Positions 27,053 through 35,496 of a DNA stretch of 64,000 nt are shown here, piece by piece. The stretch's first letter is position 1, and each line of letters begins with the position of its first letter. A program made the position numbers and the translations under genes. Origin of the DNA: a virus; the IMG/VR virus record IMGVR_UViG_3300045971_000247, positions 2,313 through 66,312 of that record. The stretch is one strand, 5' to 3'. The notes under the pieces are model-generated. The model ran no database searches, was not told the origin of the DNA, and saw only the letters and a list, made by a program, of their open reading frames with translations.

Positions 27053-30000
27053 ACTGGAAAACAGCCATCCGCAAGGCCACGCAATACATCGTTCCCGAAT
27101 TCGCTCGGCCGATCTTTCGCTCCAAAGACGTCGACTGGGACCGCCTCGTCTCCATCGACTTCGAGACGTTCTACGACGATGACTACACGTTGTTGAAGCT
27201 CTCCACGTCGGAGTACGTGCGCGACCCGCGCTTCAAGGCGCAGATGCTGTACCTCAAGGTCGGCCGCAAGCCTGCCCGCATCATCCCGCCGAACAGAATT
27301 GCCACCGAACTGCGCAAGATCAACTGGGCCACACATGCGCTCCTCTGCCACCACACTCAGTTTGACGGTCTCATTCTTAGCCATCATTACGGCGTCGTAC
27401 CTTCTTTTTACTACGACACCCTCTCTATGGCCCGTGGTCTGCACAGCAACGAAATCGGTGCTGGGCTGGACGAAGTGTCCATGTACTACGGCGGCGCCGG
27501 CAAAGTCCAGGGCGTCCTGGAGACGACAAAAGGCGTACTCAACTGGAGCCCTGAACTGTTCAAGCGGGTGACACCGTATTGCCAGAACGACGGCGACGAA
27601 ATGCTGCGGGTCTTCGAAGAGATGATCTACGCGCTGCCTGAAGAAGAAGTCGACCTCATCAACGTCATCGTCCGCATGTTCTGCGACCCAGTGCTGGAGA
27701 TTGATCGGCCACGGGTCGAAGCCGAACTGGCGCGAGAGGTCAAGGAACGGGACGAACTGCTCACCGGCATAGTCAACACAGCCGCTTACTACGAAGACAA
27801 GACCGTGCTGAAGACGAAGGCCGAACGCGCACTGGTCGGCAAAGAGCGCGACCTTCTGATCGCCAAGCGCATCCTGGGCAGCAACGAGAAGTTCGCCGGG
27901 CTGCTGCTGGACGAAAGCGTCGACCCACCTGTCAAGCTCAGCCCGGCCTGGATGAAGAAGGACAAAGCCGCGCGTGAAGCCGACCCTGAAGGCAAGTGGA
28001 CCTACGCGTTTGCCAAGGACGACATCGAGTTCCAGAACCTGCCTGACGTTCAAGAACGGTGGCAGAGCATCTTCGACCTGAATGACACCAAGCAGGTCAA
28101 GCTGGCCGCTGAGAAATCCATCCGCCTGCGCGCCCTGGTCGACGCCCGCATCGCTGTCAAGTCGACGACAAACATCACCCGGGCCGAGCGGCTGCTGACC
28201 GCCAGCACCAACGGCATGCGGCTGCCGGCCTACTACGCCTACAGCCGCGCCCACACCCACCGGCTGGGCGGCGGCGACAAGCGCAACCTTCAGAACCTGA
28301 AGCGCGGCGGTGAGCTTCGCCGCTCAATTCGCGCCCAGAAGGGCCATGTCCTGGTCGTCGGTGACTCTGGTCAGATCGAGGCCCGCACAAACGCATGGCT
28401 GTGGCGCCAGGACGACCTCCTGACGATCTTCCGCAACAAGGGCGATCCGTACTGCGACATGGCCTCAGTCGTCTACGGCCGCATCATCACCAAGGCCGAC
28501 GCCACCGAGCGCTTCGTTGGCAAAGTTTGCGTCGCTGGAGACACCCTCGTATTGACAAACCATGGTGTTAAGTCTATCGTCGATGTACGATCTAATGATA
28601 TGCTATGGGACGGTACAGCATGGGTGCTCCACGACGGACTTGTCCGCCAAGGAACGAAACAAGTATTCAGAAGGCACGGCTTCGCCGCCACACGGGACCA
28701 CGAAATCCTGACGGAACGTGGGTGGCAGGAGTGGTCCGCGGTCCTTACCGACCCTTCCCTTTTTCAGTCGGCGCTCAATTCGGCGACCTCACCGTTGTAC
28801 GTTGGGAACACTACGTTTCCAGAGACGGGAAACCTTGGGGTTACCGGCCTGTATGCAGATGCACCTGCGGTGCTGAAAACATGGTCTATGTCAGCAGCCT
28901 CAAAGCTGGCCGCAGCACTCGGTGCAATTCATGCGCCAAAGTCGCCGCCGCCACTAAACGCTACTGGGCCTACAAACACGCAATGGCCAGCGACGAGCAC
29001 CGTACTCGGTTGCTCAATCGACTATCGTCAGCAATCGCTCGTTGTGCAAACCCCAACAACGCTTCGTACAAACATTACGGACTGCGGGGCATTTCAGTGG
29101 CTGCTGAATGGCGTGCAGATCGCGCAGCGTTTCTTATCCATGTTCAAACTTTGCCTGGATGGGACGATCCGACGCTTGAACTCGACAGAATCAACAACAG
29201 CGGCAATTACGAACCGAACAATATCCGATTTCGCTCGAAGGGCGCCAACATGCGCAACCGCCGTAAAGTCGAAGACTTGGAACAGCGCATCCGCGACCTT
29301 GAGCGAGACAACGCAGACCTACGATCTCGCAAACGCAGGACCTAACTGTCGATTTACTGTCCTGACAGAAGCAGGTCCGCTGATAATTCACAACTGTGTT
29401 CTTGGTCTGGGCTTCCAGATGGGCGCCAAGAAGCTCCAGATGACCCTAGCCAAGGGCGCGCTCGGTGGCCCGCCGGTGTTCATCACCTTGGCTGAAGCCG
29501 AGCGCTGGGTCAAGCTGTACCGCAACAAGAACCGCAAGATCGAAGCCGGCTGGCGCATCTGCACCGGCATCATCGAAGACATGGCCGCGGGACGTACCGG
29601 CGCGCACGGGCCGATCAACTGGGAAGCCAACAAGGTCTGGCTGCCCAACGGGATGTGCCTGCACTACCCCGACCTGAAGAAGGCCGTGGGCGACCAGGGC
29701 TTCGAAGAGTGGACCTACGGATCGACCCTCAAGGGCACACCGATCCGCAAGAAGCTCTACGGCGGCCTGCTGTGTCTCGGAGCAGGCACACAAGTCCTGA
29801 CCGACAACGGCTGGAAATCTATCGTCGAAGTGCGATCTGATGATAAAGTATGGGATGGTACTAACTGGGTGGAGCATTCAGGTGTCATCTACAAAGGCAA
29901 AAAGCAAACCATCGACTTCGGCGGTGTGCGCATCACCGCCAACCATGAAGTCCTCGTCGAGGAAACGTGGCTCCCCGCTGGATGCACATCCCACAGTGCC

Positions 30001-30933
30001 GCTACATCATCGTGCGAAAGACATTACGGGGCTGCGACACGGTGCGCTGATAGCAGTGTCCCCGTGGGGCAGCAACGGAAGAAGAACACTGTGGACACTC
30101 CAGTGCAATTGCGGAATGCGCATTACCCGTTCAGCAACCGAGTTTCAGAAAGGCCGCACAAAAAGTTGCGGATGCCAAACCTCTTCGCTCATCTCCTTCA
30201 GCATATCAACCCATGGCATGTCCAAACATCCGACGTTTCACGTATGGCGGGGCATGCTGGACCGGTGTCAACTGCCTACACATCAATCATGGGCGCGATA
30301 CGGAGGGCGGGGCATCACAGTATGCGCGGCGTGGAGTTCGTTCGCCGCGTTCTGGGCAGACATGGGCTCGACCTACAAACCCGGTCTCTGTCTGGATCGC
30401 AAAGACAACATGGCGGGCTATTCACCCAGCAATTGTCACTGGGTCACGTACAAACAGAACAGCCGCAACACTCGTGCTCAAGCACTTATCAATACACCTA
30501 TCGGGCTGATTCCGTTGTGGCAGGCGTCGGAAATTTCGGGAATCAACAGCTCCACTCTCTCCTACAGGCGGGACGCAGGATGGTCAGCCGAACAGATGTT
30601 TCTCCCCCCGAAGACGTCTACGACCTAGTTGACGCGGGACCGCTACGCCGATTTACTGTTCGTGGCGACGACGGCAGACCTTTCATCGTCCACAACTGCG
30701 AGAACATCGTTCAGGCCCTGGCCCGCATCATCGTGCTCTACCAGCTGCTCGAACTGAGCAAGACGTACCGTGTGGTCATGACGACGCACGACGAAGGCGT
30801 GCTGCACGTGCCGAAGCGCCAAGCCGAGTTCGCCTTCCAACGCATGATGAAGGCGATGACGACGCCGCTGCCCTGGTGCGAGGATCTTCCGCTGTCCGCC
30901 GAAGGTGGGTACGCGGAGGACTACAGCAAGTGA
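27049..30933 (+). CDS. polA: Family A DNA polymerase (3'-5' exonuclease plus polymerase) with two inteins; 1294-aa precursor, 697 aa after splicing
   Basis: IDFET exonuclease motif; motif A DSGQIEAR; motif B RFVGKV|CVLGLGF; YGGLL|CENIVQA; motif C THDE. Confidence 0.95.
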   Translation: MNWKTAIRKATQYIVPEFARPIFRSKDVDWDRLVSIDFETFYDDDYTLLKLSTSEYVRDPRFKAQMLYLKVGRKPARIIPPNRIATELRKINWATHALLCHHTQFDGLILSHHYGVVPSFYYDTLSMARGLHSNEIGAGLDEVSMYYGGAGKVQGVLETTKGVLNWSPELFKRVTPYCQNDGDEMLRVFEEMIYALPEEEVDLINVIVRMFCDPVLEIDRPRVEAELAREVKERDELLTGIVNTAAYYEDKTVLKTKAERALVGKERDLLIAKRILGSNEKFAGLLLDESVDPPVKLSPAWMKKDKAAREADPEGKWTYAFAKDDIEFQNLPDVQERWQSIFDLNDTKQVKLAAEKSIRLRALVDARIAVKSTTNITRAERLLTASTNGMRLPAYYAYSRAHTHRLGGGDKRNLQNLKRGGELRRSIRAQKGHVLVVGDSGQIEARTNAWLWRQDDLLTIFRNKGDPYCDMASVVYGRIITKADATERFVGKVCVAGDTLVLTNHGVKSIVDVRSNDMLWDGTAWVLHDGLVRQGTKQVFRRHGFAATRDHEILTERGWQEWSAVLTDPSLFQSALNSATSPLYVGNTTFPETGNLGVTGLYADAPAVLKTWSMSAASKLAAALGAIHAPKSPPPLNATGPTNTQWPATSTVLGCSIDYRQQSLVVQTPTTLRTNITDCGAFQWLLNGVQIAQRFLSMFKLCLDGTIRRLNSTESTTAAITNRTISDFARRAPTCATAVKSKTWNSASATLSETTQTYDLANAGPNCRFTVLTEAGPLIIHNCVLGLGFQMGAKKLQMTLAKGALGGPPVFITLAEAERWVKLYRNKNRKIEAGWRICTGIIEDMAAGRTGAHGPINWEANKVWLPNGMCLHYPDLKKAVGDQGFEEWTYGSTLKGTPIRKKLYGGLLCLGAGTQVLTDNGWKSIVEVRSDDKVWDGTNWVEHSGVIYKGKKQTIDFGGVRITANHEVLVEETWLPAGCTSHSAATSSCERHYGAATRCADSSVPVGQQRKKNTVDTPVQLRNAHYPFSNRVSERPHKKLRMPNLFAHLLQHINPWHVQTSDVSRMAGHAGPVSTAYTSIMGAIRRAGHHSMRGVEFVRRVLGRHGLDLQTRSLSGSQRQHGGLFTQQLSLGHVQTEQPQHSCSSTYQYTYRADSVVAGVGNFGNQQLHSLLQAGRRMVSRTDVSPPEDVYDLVDAGPLRRFTVRGDDGRPFIVHNCENIVQALARIIVLYQLLELSKTYRVVMTTHDEGVLHVPKRQAEFAFQRMMKAMTTPLPWCEDLPLSAEGGYAEDYSK
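28528..29394 (+). mobile_element. Intein 1 (289 aa) in polymerase motif B
   Basis: Starts CVAGDTLVLT; block B TRDHEILT; block F TYDL; ends IIHN followed by +1 Cys. Confidence 0.95.
28722..29345 (+). CDS. HNH-type homing endonuclease in the -1 frame inside intein 1 (start uncertain; frame open from at least 28605)
   Basis: GAQFGDLTVV, CRCTCG, RCNSC, YKHYGLRGISV, LDRINNSGNYEPNNIRF...NMRN. Confidence 0.88.
   Translation: MAGVVRGPYRPFPFSVGAQFGDLTVVRWEHYVSRDGKPWGYRPVCRCTCGAENMVYVSSLKAGRSTRCNSCAKVAAATKRYWAYKHAMASDEHRTRLLNRLSSAIARCANPNNASYKHYGLRGISVAAEWRADRAAFLIHVQTLPGWDDPTLELDRINNSGNYEPNNIRFRSKGANMRNRRKVEDLEQRIRDLERDNADLRSRKRRT
29773..30696 (+). mobile_element. Intein 2 (308 aa) at YGGLL|CENIVQ
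   Basis: Starts CLGAGTQVLT; block B TANHEVL; block F VYDL; ends IVHN followed by +1 Cys. Confidence 0.95.
29945..30628 (+). CDS. HNH-type homing endonuclease in the +1 frame inside intein 2 (start uncertain; frame open from at least 29840)
   Basis: DITGLRHGAL, QCNCG, KSCGC, THGMS, WRGMLDRC, YGGRGITVC, LDRKDNMAGYSPSNCHWVT..QNSRN, C-terminal HTH-like GINSSTLSYRRDAGW. Confidence 0.9.
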   Translation: MKSSSRKRGSPLDAHPTVPLHHRAKDITGLRHGALIAVSPWGSNGRRTLWTLQCNCGMRITRSATEFQKGRTKSCGCQTSSLISFSISTHGMSKHPTFHVWRGMLDRCQLPTHQSWARYGGRGITVCAAWSSFAAFWADMGSTYKPGLCLDRKDNMAGYSPSNCHWVTYKQNSRNTRAQALINTPIGLIPLWQASEISGINSSTLSYRRDAGWSAEQMFLPPKTSTT

Positions 30934-31172
30934 GCGTCGCCGCGGGTGCATGGCCTGCGTGGGTCGAGATTTGGCAAGACATACACGAATGCAAGACCCG
31001 CGTCATCGTCCACCACAAAACTCTGGAATACAGGTTCGTGGTCGACACCCACGCTTATCCATACAAGGAACTGCGCGACCACATCTACGCGATCAAAGGC
31101 TCTCTCGTGCGTCAGCAAGGGATCATTGACGCAGTCACCAAGAAACTCACCTCCAACTCTGAACGACCATGA
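30930..31172 (+). CDS. Hypothetical protein (VTKKLTS near C-terminus)
   Basis: GGAGG RBS, GTGA coupling to the polymerase stop. Confidence 0.6.
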   Translation: MSVAAGAWPAWVEIWQDIHECKTRVIVHHKTLEYRFVVDTHAYPYKELRDHIYAIKGSLVRQQGIIDAVTKKLTSNSERP

Positions 31173-31483
31173 CCCTCAAGATCGAATGCCCTGAATACTT
31201 CGCCGACGTGGAGATGTTCGCGCACGACAACGAATGCTCCGAAGCCCTGCTCACCGGCTTTCAACGGTTGCGGAACATGTGCAAGGAGGATGAGGTCGTC
31301 TACCTGCACAAGGACTTCGCGCCGCTGAGCTTCGCCTTCCTCCTGACCGACGGCAAGCGCAACCGGCTCGTCGGCGGCCTGATCTACAGCGGCCCCGGTC
31401 AAGTCCTGAACGGCGGCGCACCGACCTTCACGGTCAGCGTCGAGCCACACACCGGTGAGCACAAGTGGTCGGTCCACACCTGA
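31169..31483 (+). CDS. DUF4120-like protein
   Basis: DFAPLSF, GGLIY.G, GGAPTFTVS, terminal WSVHT. Confidence 0.7.
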   Translation: MTLKIECPEYFADVEMFAHDNECSEALLTGFQRLRNMCKEDEVVYLHKDFAPLSFAFLLTDGKRNRLVGGLIYSGPGQVLNGGAPTFTVSVEPHTGEHKWSVHT

Positions 31484-31546
31484 AATTTTTCTTCCCAACC
31501 GTCTGTCATCTAAGATAGACTAACGCTCATACAAGGAAACAAAACG

Positions 31547-31978
31547 ATGGTCGCTGTCACCTCCCCCACCGCCAAGGCCCGCGTCAAGGCCGCCCCTGTC
31601 ACCGTCGGTTCGCTGATCGACGCCCTCTGGACCCAGCGTGAAGCCAAGCGCGAACTCGAAGCCAAGATCAAGGAAATCGAGACCCTCATGGCGCAGTACG
31701 AGGAACAACTCGACATCCAGATGGCCAAGGACGGCGTAATCAAGGCCAACGGGGCGCACGCCTCGGCCTCGTTCTCCAGCACCGTCAGCGCCAGCGTCGA
31801 AGGCGAAGGCGGCTGGGATCTGGCCTTCCCCTGGATCGCCAAGCACAAGTATTGGTCCCTGCTGCGCAAGCAGCTGAACGACGCCGCCTACCGCGAAATC
31901 CTGGAAGCCGGCAAGAAGGTGCCCGGCATTCAGCCCTTCACCAAAAAGCGCCTCACCCTCCGCTCCCTGTCGTCCTGA
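31547..31978 (+). CDS. Conserved phage replication-region protein
   Basis: AAGGA RBS; coiled coil; KVPGIQPF. Confidence 0.8.
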   Translation: MVAVTSPTAKARVKAAPVTVGSLIDALWTQREAKRELEAKIKEIETLMAQYEEQLDIQMAKDGVIKANGAHASASFSSTVSASVEGEGGWDLAFPWIAKHKYWSLLRKQLNDAAYREILEAGKKVPGIQPFTKKRLTLRSLSS

Positions 31979-32008
31979 CATCTCACATCGAAGAAAGACA
32001 CCCAGCCC

Positions 32009-32779
32009 ATGGCCACCTCCAAACCTCTCAAGTCTGCTGGCCCCGCCAGCACCAGCGTCGTGCCCCGCAAGGCCAGCGCTGGCGCCATCGTCTCCATCAA
32101 GGAGGCGATCGCCGCCCAGGTCGCCACCCTCGGTGACCGCATCGCCCCGCCGGGCGGCAGCAAGATCAAGCTGTCCGCCGGCAAGATGACCCTGCCCGAC
32201 GGCACCACCACCCCCGGCCCCCTGGAGGTCGTGGTCGTCGACTTCGTGGCCCGCAACATGTTCTACGAAGGCGACTACGACGCGAACAACATCCAGCCGC
32301 CCGTGTGCTTCGCCATCGGCACGAACCCGCTCAAGATGGTGCCGTCGGCCAACAGCCCGCTGCCCCAGGCCGAGTCGTGCAGCGCCTGCCCCATGAACCA
32401 GTTCGGCAGCAAGGGCAAGGGCAAGGCGTGCAAGAACGAGCGCTCGCTGGCCGTCCTGCCCCCGGGCTCGGACAAAGACACGCCGCTGTGGCAGCTGAAC
32501 GTGTCGCCGACGGGCGTCAAGTCCTTCGACGGCTACGTGGCCGGTATCGCACGCACGTTCCAGACGATCCCGGCCGGCGTCGTGACCACGGTGGAACTCG
32601 ACCCCAACGAGAGCTACCCACGCCTGATCTTCAACAACCCGGTGCCGAACCCGGATCTGGCCGGCGACTTCGCCCGCCAGGAAGAAGCCCGCGCGATGCT
32701 GGCCGTCGAGCCCGACGTGTCGGGCTACGAGGCCGCCAAGCCGAAGGCTGCACCGAAGCGCCCGGCCGTTCGTCGGTAG
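32009..32779 (+). CDS. Conserved phage protein, possible ssDNA-binding/annealing protein
   Basis: PVCF, CSACPMNQFGS, GKACKN motifs; position after the polymerase. Confidence 0.65.
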   Translation: MATSKPLKSAGPASTSVVPRKASAGAIVSIKEAIAAQVATLGDRIAPPGGSKIKLSAGKMTLPDGTTTPGPLEVVVVDFVARNMFYEGDYDANNIQPPVCFAIGTNPLKMVPSANSPLPQAESCSACPMNQFGSKGKGKACKNERSLAVLPPGSDKDTPLWQLNVSPTGVKSFDGYVAGIARTFQTIPAGVVTTVELDPNESYPRLIFNNPVPNPDLAGDFARQEEARAMLAVEPDVSGYEAAKPKAAPKRPAVRR

Positions 32780-32839
32780 TTTTGTGGACGTCCTACCCCT
32801 ACTTGAGGGGAGGACATTCCCACCTCGAACAACAGAATC

Positions 32840-33088
32840 ATGGCAACCCGTAAGCACTACATCCAACAGGCTTTGGAGTCCTTCTCCAGTCTGTCGAAAA
32901 CGCTCGACGAGTTGACTGAAGAAGAAGTGTTGGCGTGCCTCGAACTTGAGGCATCCAGCCGCCGCAGGCAGTCCATCCTGGACCGCCTGATTTCCAGGGC
33001 CGTTCGCCTCAACGAACTGCTCTACAACCGCCAACTCAAGGATAAATTCCATGGCACGCGCTCCCTCGAAGATCATGTCCGTCGCTGA
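32840..33088 (+). CDS. Hypothetical protein
   Basis: 82 aa; LTEEEV..LELE...RRR. Confidence 0.6.
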   Translation: MATRKHYIQQALESFSSLSKTLDELTEEEVLACLELEASSRRRQSILDRLISRAVRLNELLYNRQLKDKFHGTRSLEDHVRR

Positions 33089-33437
33089 AAAGAAAGCGGC
33101 CGAGACGAACCTGAAGTCCGCACTGAAGATCGTCAACACCGGCATCAAGGCCAGTGAAGCCGACGTGGCCGTCGCCAACAAGGCGCTGGTCGACGCCAAG
33201 AAACAGGCCGACACCCTGGTCGCCGTTGCCAACAAGGCCCACGACAAGGCCCTGAAGGAAGGCGGCAAGCTCATCGCCACCGCCCAGAAGGCTGTCGACG
33301 CCGCGGCGAAGAAGCACACCAAGGCCTTTGACGCCGCCGCCAAGGGCCGCGAAAAGCTCAACAACCAGCTGACCGCCCTGGCCGAAACGCCGGCCGAACC
33401 CGCCAAGCGCGGCCCCAAGCCGAAGGTCGCCGCCTGA
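33051..33437 (+). CDS. Ala/Lys-rich protein
   Basis: AAGGA RBS; C-terminal KRGPKPK. Confidence 0.75.
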   Translation: MARAPSKIMSVAEKKAAETNLKSALKIVNTGIKASEADVAVANKALVDAKKQADTLVAVANKAHDKALKEGGKLIATAQKAVDAAAKKHTKAFDAAAKGREKLNNQLTALAETPAEPAKRGPKPKVAA

Positions 33438-33502
33438 GTCTGGGCGTGTTCTGTTTTACCCGCACCTCGGTGAGGCGTGGTGACGTAGTTTGATGAGGGA
33501 CC

Positions 33503-34057
33503 ATGCAAAAATTCGGCCATGTCATGATTGACCTGGAGACCCTCGGCACCGCTGCCGATTCGGTCATTCTCTCCATCGGAGCCGTGCGCTTCGACCTCGA
33601 CTCGGACAACATCGACGACGCGGGTTTCTACCGCAGCATCTCGATCGACTCCAATCTCGATTACAAGCGCCGCATCCAGGAAGACACCCTCATCTGGTGG
33701 CTCAAGCAGAGCCCTGAAGCGCAGAAGGTGTTTACCGAACCCAAGGAAACCCTCCTGACTGCGCTCACCGAGTTCTCCGACTGGTTGGACGACGGCTCCG
33801 CAATGATGTGGAGCAACGGCGCCGACTTCGACCTACCGACGGTGGCCCACGCCTACCATCAAGTCGTGATGGACGTGCCCTGGAAGTTCTGGAACAGCCG
33901 GTGCTACCGGACCTTCAAGGGTCTGCCGGGCATGAAGAACGTGAACGTACCGCGCATGGGGACGCACCACAACGCCCTTCAGGACGCGGTGTTCCAGGCA
34001 CAGCACCTCCAGGCCATGCACAAGGCGCTGTTCGGTAAGAAGGCGGTGAAAGCATGA
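33503..34057 (+). CDS. DEDDh 3'-5' exonuclease
   Basis: MIDLETLG, WSNGADFD, HNALQDA. Confidence 0.9.
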   Translation: MQKFGHVMIDLETLGTAADSVILSIGAVRFDLDSDNIDDAGFYRSISIDSNLDYKRRIQEDTLIWWLKQSPEAQKVFTEPKETLLTALTEFSDWLDDGSAMMWSNGADFDLPTVAHAYHQVVMDVPWKFWNSRCYRTFKGLPGMKNVNVPRMGTHHNALQDAVFQAQHLQAMHKALFGKKAVKA

Positions 34058-34353
34058 ACATCGACGCCACCCTGGCTGAGCGCGGGACGCGCTACGGTCA
34101 GTACACGAGCCACGCGCGCATCACCCAGGACTTGAAGAAGGTGATGCACGCCGAGCCGAAGTGGGCGCAGCTGGACGCCCACCAGAAGGAGACCTTGGAG
34201 ATGATCGCCCACAAGATCGGACGCATCCTCAACGGCGACCCGAACTACCATGACAGCTGGCACGACATCGTGGGCTACGCCAAGCTGACGGCGGACGAAC
34301 TGCTGCCCAAGGAAGTCAAGCCGGCTGGGAAGCCCGCCCGTGGCCGGGCTTGA
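34054..34353 (+). CDS. DUF6378-like protein
   Basis: LAERGTRYG, KIGRILNGDP, DSWHDIVGYA. Confidence 0.85.
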   Translation: MNIDATLAERGTRYGQYTSHARITQDLKKVMHAEPKWAQLDAHQKETLEMIAHKIGRILNGDPNYHDSWHDIVGYAKLTADELLPKEVKPAGKPARGRA

Positions 34354-34786
34354 GAACACGTTCATCCAGAGCGTGCATCGGCATCTCCCGCCGAGTCCGC
34401 CGCCCGTCGCCACCATGGCGACGTGGCCCGCGGAAGTGCTCTACCGGATGAAGAACCACAACCAGTACAACAGCGGCATCGCTGATGTCTGGTACGACTG
34501 TGATCCGCGGCGACAAGGACAAGACCTCTGGGTCGAGTACAAGTACGTCGTGATCCCGAAGAGAGACGAGACGTTGATCGTTCCTGGACTCAGCCCTCTT
34601 CAATTCGATTGGCTGACGGCGCGCTTACGAGCGGGCAGGAACGTGACCGTCATCGTCGGGTGCAAAGAAGGCGGCGTCTGTCTTCTCACGGATCAGTGGG
34701 AAGGGTTGCCCACCAAGGTCTTTCGAAAACAACTTCAAACTCGGCAAGACCTCGCCAGATATATCAAGACGCTCGTAAACTCTTAA
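34340..34786 (+). CDS. VRR-NUC/Holliday-junction-resolvase-like nuclease
   Basis: ENTFI, GIAD, WVEYK, LSPLQ..W. Confidence 0.8.
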   Translation: MAGLENTFIQSVHRHLPPSPPPVATMATWPAEVLYRMKNHNQYNSGIADVWYDCDPRRQGQDLWVEYKYVVIPKRDETLIVPGLSPLQFDWLTARLRAGRNVTVIVGCKEGGVCLLTDQWEGLPTKVFRKQLQTRQDLARYIKTLVNS

Positions 34787-34810
34787 ACCCCGAGCGTTCC
34801 AGGAGGATTG

Positions 34811-35200
34811 ATGAGGATCAACGAAGACGGGCTGTTCCCGGCGCTAGAAGCCGTGCTGAAAAAAGCCAGCGAGCCCCTCGACTGCCAGACCCTGTACGAC
34901 ATGCCCGCCATCCGCGAACACGCCGCCTCTGTCAACCGGGTATCCGATTACCTTGGCGGACTCTGGCGCAAGGGCAAGGTGGTCCGTCACGCAGCCTCCC
35001 GTGCTGACGGCACACGCGGCCCACGGTGGGCCTACAGCTGGAAAGGCGACCGCGGCACCAAGCTGCACGCCAAACTGAACGAAGGCCTGGAGTACACACC
35101 AAAGATCCTGGCTGACCGCCCATCGCTGCTCATCACCGAAGAGGGCAGCAAGGTCACGATCGAACTACCCAACCTCATCCTGGTCATCATGACGAAGTAG
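34811..35200 (+). CDS. Hypothetical protein, possible winged helix
   Basis: AGGAGG RBS; VSDYLGGLWRKG. Confidence 0.7.
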   Translation: MRINEDGLFPALEAVLKKASEPLDCQTLYDMPAIREHAASVNRVSDYLGGLWRKGKVVRHAASRADGTRGPRWAYSWKGDRGTKLHAKLNEGLEYTPKILADRPSLLITEEGSKVTIELPNLILVIMTK

Positions 35201-35217
35201 CCACACGCTGCTCCTTG

Positions 35218-35241
35218 AACCGGCTCAGGCCGGTTTTCTTT
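35218..35241 (+). terminator. Intrinsic terminator
   Basis: AACCGGC-tcag-GCCGGTT followed by TTCTTT. Confidence 0.55.
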
Positions 35242-35271
35242 GCCCTTCAATCTTTAATCTGTGTTCGATCT

Positions 35272-35496
35272 ATGCTGACTGTCGAAGAAAACGCTTCCGC
35301 TCGTCGCCAAGGCTGGATGTTGGTCGAAGTCTTCGATCTGCGCACTGGTCGCGCTCGTCCTGAAATTCTCCCAATCGCTTTCACCGCTCCCTTCAACACC
35401 GCGCGCGCCACCACCGGCTGGGTCATTGCCCGAGCCAAGGCCGGTGACGCGCTCGCACAGAAGGCCCTTCAACTCGTCATGCAAGGACTCAAATGA
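35272..35496 (+). CDS. Hypothetical protein
   Basis: Stop coupled to the next gene; start embedded in the TTCGATCTA motif. Confidence 0.55.
   Translation: MLTVEENASARRQGWMLVEVFDLRTGRARPEILPIAFTAPFNTARATTGWVIARAKAGDALAQKALQLVMQGLK

Noticed and set aside
28528-30696. Group I introns carrying HNH genes in the polymerase
   Set aside because: The polymerase frame is uninterrupted and both inserts have full protein-splicing motifs with Cys...HN/Cys junctions
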